Positions 49,018 to 58,726 of a stretch of DNA of 58,726 nt are shown here, piece after piece. Position 1 is the stretch's first letter; each line of letters starts with the position of its first letter. The DNA is from Macrostomum lignano (taxonomy: Eukaryota). Location of the stretch: NCBI GenBank assembly GCA_002269645.1, contig NIVC01001328.1:45294-104019 (forward strand), in the 5' to 3' direction. A program made the translations under genes and the position numbers. The notes beneath the pieces were generated by a model. It had not been told where the DNA came from, did no database searches, and was given only the letters and a program-made list of their open reading frames with translations.

Positions 49018-52000
49018 ATGGCTCGACGTGGCACCAGCGCTTTAAAAAAGAGCAGAGACGCCAAGAAGAAGCGTCAGCAAGAGACCGCTGTTCAACGAGA
49101 AGAGCGCCTGGCTGCACTCCGGCAGCAGGAGACTGAGCGTAGGGCCAGGGAGACCGACACTCAGCGCGAAGAGCGCCTGGCTGCACTCCGGCAGCAGGAG
49201 ACTGAGCGTAGGGCCAGGGAGACCGACACTCAGCGCGAAGAGCGCCTGGCTGCACTCCGGCAGCAGGAGACTGAGCGTAGGGCCAGGGAGACCGACACTC
49301 AGCGCGAAGAGCGCTTGGCTGCACTCCGGCAGCAGGAGACTGAGCTTAGGGCCAGGGAGACCGACACTCAGCGCGAAGAGCGCCTGGCTGCACTCCGGCA
49401 GCAGGAGACTGAGCGTAGGGCCAGGGAGACCGACACTCAGCGCGAAGAGCGCCTGGCTGCACTCCGGCAGCAGGAGACTGAGCGTAGGGCCAGGGAGACC
49501 GACACTCAGCGCGAAGAGCGCCTGGCTGCACTCCGGCAGCAGGAGACTGAGCGTAGGGCCAGGGAGACCGACACTCAGCGCGAAGAGCGCCTGGCTGCAC
49601 TCCGGCAGCAGGAGACTGAGCGTAGGGCCAGGGAGACCGACGCTCTGCGCGAAGAGCGCCTGGCTGCAGATCGGCGGCGCACAATTGAGCGCAGGGCCAC
49701 AGAAACTGAGGCTCAGCGAAGAGCTCGAATGGAAGCCGACCAAATTCGCCGTCGAGGAGTTTCAGTTGACAGGTGAGAGGACCATTTTAATTTAATTTGA
49801 AAAATTATTGAATTATTATAGAGATATGAGTTTTTAAAAGAGGGTGTATTTTTAAGAAACGTTTCTAGGAATCAGAATTGGATAAAAAGAGTTTCTAGGA
49901 ATCTGCATTTAAAAAAACATTTCTAAGAATCTGTATTTTTAAGAAAGTGTTTTCTAAGAATCTGTATTTGTAGGAATGTGTATTTTTAAGAAACGTTTTT
50001 AAGAATCTGTTACTCTAGGAATGTTTCTAACAGTCTGTATTTGTAAGAAAGGGTTTCTGTTTCTAAGAATTCTGTACTCTATTTCTAGGAATCTGTAGTT
50101 GTGACTATTAAGTTTCTAAGTACCCGTATTTTTAGGAATGTTTATAAGAATCTACATTTGCAACAAACTTTTCTAAGAATCTTAATTTGTAAGAATGACT
50201 GTCTAAGAATCTGTATTTTCGAGAATTAGTTTCTAAGAAACAGTATTTGTGAATCATATTTTAAGAATTTGTACTGAAGATAATGAGTTTCTAAGAATAT
50301 GTATTTTTAAGAATGAGTCAAAGTTTTTATGTCTTAACTGTTAATGAGTTTTTCAGAGTCAGAAGTATAATTTCAATCTTTCAGGTTTGGCAGCGGTGAG
50401 TTGGCCACACGAGCTGTGGTCCCATTCAATACGCTAACTGTTGTTCGGATCCCGGGTGATGGAAATTGCTTTTTTCATGCAGTATGTGACCAGTTGCAGG
50501 GCACTCCGCTTGAGACCAATGCAGCGTCTTTAAGGCATGAACTGACATGCCGTGCAGTGCAGGTAATGCCAGAACTGATTGACGAAGGTTTTATTTTACC
50601 GGAAAATGCTGATTCCATTATTAACGACTCTTTTTCTGAGGGCACCTATGTTCCTGATGAAGTCGTGCCACTTTTAAGCCGTTTTTTCAATGTTGACCTG
50701 GTTATTTATCAGGCAAATGGCAGTGTATTGCAGTACTGCATGTCCACTGTGCAGCCACCCACTGCAATTGTGCGCATCCTTTTACGTCATGAGCACTATG
50801 AGTCGTTGCGCGTGACTGATCCACTGCCAGTTTCCGAGCCCGTTGCAGATACAGAGGCGCCGAGTTTAACGGAGCAGGGGGCAGATCTTTCTGGGTCAGG
50901 TCATTTTGGTGCAGGTCATTCTGATGCAGGATCTGCTCAAAATAGGTAGGCTTTTTTGTGCTACTGGTCACAGTAATTTTTTATATTGCACTACATAATA
51001 CACTTTACATTTCATAAATATCGGCAGTCTATATTATAGTTACCATTTGTGCACGCATATAATTCGATCACAGGCCTGACAGAATACCGAGGCCAGAGGC
51101 CACGGCCCATGAGTGCGGCCCAATGGACAGGGCATGCCAGGAATGTGGTGCTCTACTCTGGCGCGCAGAGACCAGGAATTTCTGCTGCGCCAAAGGCAAG
51201 GTGAAGCTGCCCAGCCGCACCGTGCCTCAAGTGCTGGCGGATCTGTACATGGGGCGGCACAGATTGAGTGCCGCGTTCCTGGCCAACATCAGGAGCTACA
51301 ACTCGGCGCTGCACCTGACATCGCTGGGTGCCAAACTGCGGTTGGTGCCAGGCTGGTGTCCTAGCTTCATCATCAGCGGCCAGATGCATCACCGCACGGC
51401 GCCGCTGTTTGCAGAGGATTCTGCTGAAGCTCAGGGATGGCAGGTGTATTTCAATGATCGCGAACTCGAAAGCCGCCAGAGTCTCAGCCAAAAGGTGAAG
51501 CCGGAACTACTGGAGCTGCTGCAGACGCTGCTTCACGAGTGCAACGGCTATGTCCGCAGCCTGAAGGCTGCTGCTGAGCGAATTAGCCAAGACCCAGAGC
51601 TGGGAGATGCGCGAATTGTGATTCACCCTGACCGTCGACCATCTGGGGAACACATTCGGTAAGTTAGCGTGTTTGTTATAACGAAATTTAAAAATGTAAA
51701 CGAAAGCGAAATCAAAATGAGATTATGAATTTTGATTGTAACTCGAACTCGCAAAAATGCGTAATAAGTACGTGATTCAATTTGTACAGAATTTGTGTCC
51801 CACAAACTCCGTTTAAAATCAGGCGCTACAACTTGCCTACGGCAAATGAGGTCGGTATCCTGATCGTTGAGGACAATGAGGACGCACCGGCCAGTCGGGA
51901 CGTCGTGATTCAACTGCGTGGGGGCGGTTCTCAGCGAATCAGTGAGACGCACCGCTCATATGACCCGCTGGAGTATGTGCTGCTGTTCCCGAATGGCGAA

Positions 52001-55000
52001 GATGGCTGGCACCCGGAGTTGCGGATGAGTAATGACAAGAAACTGACCCCATGAAATACTATGCAAGCGAAATCATGGTGCGAGCGGGCCAGTTCAGTGT
52101 GCTGCACTATGGCCGAAGGTTGTTTCAGCAGTACCTGGTGGACATGTGTGCAAAGATTGAGGCAGAGAGGCTGCTGTATTTGCGGACCATCAGCAGGACC
52201 TGCGCAGCGAGACGTACAGCGGTCTGCGGGACGCTCTGTTTGCAGCTGATGGCAGATCTACGGACAGAGATCCGAGTGACATAGGCAAGCCCGCACATGT
52301 GCTTCTGTCCTCAAGCTTCGTTGGCGGGCCAAGGTACCTGATGGAGAGGCTGCAGGACGCTATGACCTATGTTCACAAGTTTGGTAAGCCGGACCTGTTT
52401 GTCACGGCAACATGCAATCCGAATTGGCCGGAGATCAGCGCCCAGCTGCTGCCTGGACAGCGGGCTGAACACCGACCGGACATTGTTAGCCGAGTCTTTG
52501 AAATGAAGAAGAAAGCTCTGCTGGCCCAGCTAACGAAGCGCTATGGGAAAGAGGCTGCGCACGTCTGCTCGCTAGAGTACCAAAAGCGTGGTGAGTACAA
52601 GTCTCAGTATTATGTTTTATGAAATTTATATAGTTATATCGTTATAAAGATACTAAATACAGGTGGGTTTGTGTGATGCAAATTCGATACAGATCGGATA
52701 ATTGGACTGAAAGATGTCTTGATACTTTTCTTGATAATTTAGGTCTCCCCCATGTGCACTTTCTGCTGTGGCTAGCGAGTGGCCAGCGGGTGACTCCGGA
52801 CCGATACGATGACATCGTGTCTGCCGAGATTCCGGACCCACAGCAGCAGCCTGTGCTGTATGAGCTGGTGAAAACGCACATGATCCATGGCCCTTGTGGC
52901 AAGGACAACCCAGCGTGCCCGTGCATGGAGAATGGCGAATGCAGCAAGGGCTTTCCGAAGGAGTTCCAGCAGGTGACGCTGACCAGCGATACTGGCTACC
53001 CACTGTACCGCAGACTGTCGCCTGAGATGGGTGGATTTACAGTGGACAAACTGTTCAAAGGCCGCAGCATTCGCATGGACAACAGGCGAGTCATGAGTAT
53101 TAGGTGCCTCTTGTATTTTATGTTGGAAACGTTTGACAATGTTTTTTTCCTTAAACCACAGGTGGGTTGTGCCTTATAGCCCTGAACTGTTGCTCCAGTT
53201 TGCGTGCCACATGAACGTTGAAGTTTGTGCCACTGTGAAGTCGGTCAAGTACGTGATCAAGTACTTGCTGAAGGGCGGCGACATGGCAACGTTCAAAGTC
53301 AATGCCAATCAGAATTCTGCTGAAGCGACAGAACAGAGTGCGGGTAGTCAGCAGCCGACGCAAACGGTAGCGGCAAACGATGGAGAGAGGCCGCGTGATG
53401 AAATCAAGGAGTATCTGTCTGCGCGCTACATTGGCCCAATGGAAGCTGTGAATACAATTTTGGGCTTTGAAGTAATAAATATTTTAAATTTTAAGAGTAA
53501 ATATTGCAAAACTGTGGCTTTTTGTATTCAGAAAAAACTTAAAAGCGATTATTTCTCTCCCACCTTCTGATCAGGTGCATGACAGATTTCCGGCGGTCAT
53601 CCGGCTCTGCGTTCACAAGTCGGAGGAGCAGCTCGTGTATTTCAACGAGCAGACCGCAAGTGCTAGAGCCAGGACGCCGAGGGACTCTACGTTGACAGCA
53701 TTTTTCAAGCTGTGCCGTACTGACGAGTTTGCTCGGTCCTTGCTCTACACGGAGGTGCCGTCCTACTTCGTGTGGCATGCCAGTGAAAGAGTGGCGGCGG
53801 GCCAAGCGAGGCGCGAAAGTCGATGGCCACCCGGGTGTAGTGCGGAACACAAACGTTGCACGCATGTACACGGTGAGCCCAAGAACTGGTGATTTATTTT
53901 ATGTTCGCATGCTTCTTTTGCGAGTCAAGGGACCAACCAGCTTCGAGGCGCTGCAGACCGTGGACGGCGTTGTGCATCCGAGCGCCAAGGCTGCTTGCAT
54001 GGCACTTGGTCTGCTGCAGCGAGATGACCACTGGCGGCGGTGCCTAGCTGAGGCCGTTCAGTCAAGAATGCCAAGAGCCCTGAGACACATTCTGGCTGTC
54101 ATTCTCATATGGGGCGAGCCTGAGGATGGCAACGACCTTTGGTGCTCTTTTGCCGAAGATATGTGCGAGGACCTGCGGTTCCACCATCGAGATTTAAGTG
54201 CCGAGGAGATTACTGACCTAGCGCTCCGCGAGCTGCAGAGCATGCTGACCTCCATGGGTGGGAGAAGCCTGCCAGAGTACGGCTTGCCTGCGGCCTCCGT
54301 GATGCCTCAAGATGGACCGATGCAGTTCGATACGATTGAGCAAGCGCAGATTACTGAGGCACGCTTACCAATGCTGACAGACGAGCAGAAAGACGTGTAC
54401 GAGTCAGTGACTCAGGATCTTGTGAGCGGCAACGGCGGCTTGCACTTCCTGGACGCGCCCGCTGGTACTGGCAAGACTTTCCTGCTGGAGGTTTTGCTGG
54501 CCTTCGTGCGCAGCCGGGGTGAAGTCGCTCTCGCCGTTGCGGCTTCAGGAATCGCAGCGACTCTGTTGCCAGGTGGACAAACTGCGCATTCCACGTGAGT
54601 TGTTTATATTTAATTTGTAAATTATTAGTAACTTACGAATAATTAAACAAGTAAATATGTGAATACTTCCTCTGCTGTATGATACCCAAATTTTTCCATG
54701 TCAGGTTCAAGATACCAATTCGGGTATTACGCTCAAACAAGGACGTGTGCGCTGTTGGAGTGCAGTCCAAACAAGCTGCTGTATTTCGCACAGCGCGTCT
54801 AATTGTGTGGGACGAGATTTCTATGACAAACCGGAAGGATTTGGAGGCGGTCGACCGGTGCTTGCGAGATGTGCGGAAGCAGGACTCGCCATTTGGCGGA
54901 CTGGTGTTTGTGTGCGCTGGTGACTTCCGGCAGCTCCTACCCGTTGTGGTGCATGGGACTCGTGCTAACAGTGTCATGGCGTGTGTTAGCCGATCCTCAC

Positions 55001-56026
55001 TGTGGAAATACTTCCAACGGCATCGCCTGACGAGAAACATCCGGATGCTGAGCAGTTCCGATTCTGTAGCGTATCAGATGTACACCGAGCTACTCAAGCA
55101 GGTAAGTCTGATTTCATCAGTTTATTAAATGATTGACAATGATACACTAGACGCGGATTTGTTTTTGAGCTCAATTTTTTTAAGTTTGCGTCATTTAGGA
55201 ATGTCTATGCTTAAAAGTGTGTATAGGTTATGAAATATTCGACATTTTAACCCTCCACAGATCGGATCCGGAACAATGAAGCAGGATGCGGAGGAGAAAG
55301 TGTCTCTGCCAGCCGAGATCGTGATTTCTGCGGAAGGGCCTCTCACTGATCTAATCAATTTTGTGTACCCATCGTTTGAAGAACCAGTGGAGAGAGACAG
55401 CTACTTTGCAAGCCGAGCGATCCTGGCGCCTTACAATGACTCAGTGGATGCCATCAATGAGACGTGTCTGGGCATGTTCCCCGGAAGCCTGCGGGAGTAC
55501 CGCTCGATAGACACTGTGGCCGATGAGGATGCCGCTACGCACTTCCCGCCTGAGTTGCTCAACCAGCTGGATGCCCCGAACTTTCCGATTCACTTGCTGA
55601 GGCTAAAGGAGGGTATGCCAGTAGTTCTTCTCAGGAACATCAACCGCCACGATTGTGCAATGGTACGCGGCTCATCATACTCGCGATGGGCGAGAACGTG
55701 CTTAGATGCAAGATTGCTGCGCCGGCCAGTTCACGGGAGACGAGATTCTTCTGCCGCGAATCCCGCTGATTCCAAGCAATGCGGACCTCCCCGTCAGTTT
55801 CAAGCGGCTGCAGTTCCCTGTGAAGCCGAGCTTCTGCCTGACGATCCACAAGTCGCAGGGACAGTCTCTGGACACAGTTGGCGTGGACCTCGCTGTCGGT
55901 TGCTTCACTCATGGCCAGCTGTATACGGCTCTGTCGCGAGCGAGGAACGCTGCTAATGTCCGTGTCCGTACTTCTGGAACTAAGACGAGGAACGTGGTGT
56001 ACCCAGAGGTGCTGACTGGAGACTAA
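49018..56026 (+). pseudogene. RepHel copy 2 with five small indels (or sequencing errors)
   Basis: Same exons as unit 1. Indels at ~52050 (-C), ~52187 (-C), ~53790 (-GT), ~55643 (-C) and ~55718 (+2), mostly in short homopolymer or dinucleotide runs. Confidence 0.7.
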
Positions 56027-58232
56027 GCATTTCGGACGCTATTCGTGAGTTCAAGTCCAAGAGATGTGTTTGAGAAGTGTCTGGCGTCTGACTGTAGAGA
56101 ATGAAATCAAAGTCGCGTGAAGTCTCAATGAACTGATAGCCCTGAGAGAGTACATTGAGTAAATCCTATTTACGAGGGATGTTTCATAAGTTCTTTCTTA
56201 TACTCATCTATAACAGTTTTACACGAACATGATATACAGTCATTTAACAGACAAAACTACAGCCACTGATCATACAGTCACTAAACAGATAGTAGTACAG
56301 GTATAAACAGACAATAATACAGTCACTATGCAGACAGTCTCTAAACAGACAATAATACAGCCTTAAACAGACAATACAGCCTCTAAACAGACAATAGAGC
56401 CTCTTAACAGACAATACAGCCTCTAAACAGACAATACAGCTTTAAACAGCAATACAGTCTCTAAACAGACAATACAGTCTCTAAACAGACAATACAGTCT
56501 CTAAACAGACAATACAGCCTCTAACAGCAATACAGCCTCTAAACAGGCAATACAGTCTCTACAGACAATACGGTCTCTAAACGGACAATACAGTCCCTAA
56601 ACAGACAATACAGTCTCTAACAGACAATACGGTATCTAAACAGACAATACAGTCTCTAAACAGACAATACGGCCTCTAACAGACAATACAGTCTCTAAAC
56701 AGGCAATACAGCCTCTAAACAGACAATGCAGTCTCTAAACAGGCAATACAGTCTCTAAACAGGCAATACAGTCTCTAAACAGACAATACAGCCTCTAACA
56801 GGCAATACAGTCTCTAAACAGACAATACAGCCTCTAAACAGACAATACAGCTCTAAACAGACAATACGCTCTAAACAGACAATACAGCCTCTAAACAGAC
56901 AATACAGCTCTAACAGACAATACAGCCTCTAAACAGACAATACAGTCTCTAAACAGGCAATACAGTCTCTAAACAGACAATACAGCCTCTAAACAGACAA
57001 TACAGTCTCTAAACAGGCAATACAGTCTCTAAACAGACAATACAGTCTCTAAACAGACAATGCAGTCTCTAAACAGACAATACAGTCTCTAAACAGACAA
57101 TGCAGTCTCTAAACAGACAATACAGTCTTAACAGACAATACAGCCTCTAAACAGACAATACAGTCGTTTAAACAGACAATACAGCCTCTAAACAGACAAT
57201 ACAGTCGTTAAACAGACAATACAGTCGTTTAACAGACAATACAGCCTCTAAACAGACAATAATGCAGTCACTAATACAGTCGCTGAACAGACCATAAAAT
57301 ACAGTCAGTAAACAGAAATAGTACAGGTATAAGCAGGTGAAACATGTATGTATAATTGGAATTTATGAAGCAGCCCTCATTGAGAGTAGGTTGACTGCAT
57401 CTTAACTGGGCTAAAAGAGTTTGTGAATGGTGTATAGGAGCTGCTCTATATACCCTGTGGTTCCAGACTCTAAAAGGAGCATTTGCAGTCAAGCTCTGTA
57501 GCAGCCTTAAGCAGAGCGGAGCGACTTAATGTTTGGTTTGAGAATGAATGTCTCTACCTTTGCTTACACCAATGCATGCAATTGAGCAGTGACGCGAGTC
57601 GGCAGGTAGTCAGGATGGCATATACATGTACATTTTTGTACTGCTAAAGCTATACTGGCTGCTTGTCGATGGCACCATCTGCTGAAGCGACAGTCTATCC
57701 TTTTGTAATTAAATTATTACATTTTTCAATATCTGTACGAAATATTAAACTTGCTCAGCGTTAGTAGTCAGAAGCAGATCATATATTGTTTGAATAAATA
57801 CAAGTGTTTGTTTAACTTTTGTTTCAATTTTTAAACTTCAATTTGTGGTTGTTAATAGTTTAAAATTTAATTCGCCGTTTGCTTCTTTGTTAGTTATAGC
57901 AGTTAAAAATGGATAAAACAGTTTTTTGTACTGTGTATAATAATCGTAAAACTTAGAAATGTTTAATAGTTTCGGCGAAATTATTCATGCAGATTCGTAT
58001 TGTTCTACTTTCAAAGTAAGCCAGTATGAAATGGTAAGTGTGTATGTACGGTCATTCTTTGTCATGACATGCTATGGTGAGAATGAATTATACTTTGAAT
58101 ATTTCATGGCATTAGAATATTCTGTTCACAAAACTTTGTACTGGTGCGCCATTGTTTCAAAAGTCCAAAAAATAAATAAGTCTATCGCGGATTTTAATCA
58201 AAAAGTCAAAAAGTCATAGTTTATTTTTGGAA

Positions 58233-58585
58233 TTTACATTCATTCATTGGCTGCGGCTGCTGTTGCTGCGGCTGCTGTTGCTGCTGCTGCGGCTGCTGCT
58301 GCTGCTGTTGGCTGCGGCTGCTGATGCTGCTGCTGTGCTGCGGCTGCTGTGCTGCTGCTGTTGCTGCGGCTGCTGCTGCTGCTGTTGCTGCGGCTGCTGA
58401 TGCTGCTGCTGTTGCTGCGGCTGCTGATGCTGCTGCTGTTGCTGCGGCTGCTGCTGTTGCTGCGGCTGCTGCTGCGGCTGCTGCTGCTGCTGTTGCTGCT
58501 GCTGTTGCTGCTGCAGAGGCGGGCGGCGGCCTTCATCGCGTTGCAGCTGGCACGCGGTGGCGGCCTCCACAGAAGAAACAAACGA
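58233..58585 (-). pseudogene. Exon 2 of the RGG-CCHC-polyQ gene, unit-2 copy with indels
   Basis: Same acceptor and CFFCGG start, followed by several 1-nt deletions. Exon 1 would lie beyond the window. Confidence 0.55.
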
Positions 58586-58726
58586 CTGGCAATTAAAAGA
58601 AGGGAAATTTTTGCAAAATTTATCAGTAATAATACGAGTAGCATGAAAGTCAGTAACAGGCTACAATTAGATAAATTTAAGGACTATACTCGAATGTACT
58701 CAAAGCACAAGATTTACAGTGTCTTA

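Larger units (their letters stand above)
44394..58726 (+). mobile_element. Helitron unit 2 (tandem copy, truncated by window end)
   Basis: Begins TCCTATATACTAAAAATGG immediately after CTAG. Near-identical to unit 1 at an offset of ~19.38 kb, through the position equivalent to ~40000. Confidence 0.92.

Overview
This is eukaryotic (animal) genomic DNA with short spliceosomal introns, GC-rich exons and dense repeats. The style resembles a flatworm such as Macrostomum, but the species cannot be fixed from sequence alone. The left 19 kb holds two convergent cGAS-like/Mab-21 nucleotidyltransferase genes. The intact copy is predicted, from phase-consistent splicing, to be an ankyrin-repeat + cGLR fusion of about 1005 aa; the other copy carries frameshifts and a stop. 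Also in this part are a secreted two-module repeat protein, several MITEs with target-site duplications, and a 3-exon Piwi gene with an intact DEDH slicer tetrad. From about 19.3 to 23.7 kb lies a CpG-void island with nested inverted repeats whose arms differ mostly by CpA>TpA changes, a RIP-like pattern. From 25010 to the end are two head-to-tail copies of a 19.4-kb Helitron joined at a perfect CTAG|TC junction. The complete copy encodes a 9-exon OTU-Rep-PIF1 helicase protein (about 1835 aa), an RPA70-like OB-fold gene, and a small spliced antisense gene (RGG + CCHC knuckle + polyQ) that the ORF track does not show as such. All gene models are manual splice reconstructions, not validated by transcripts.
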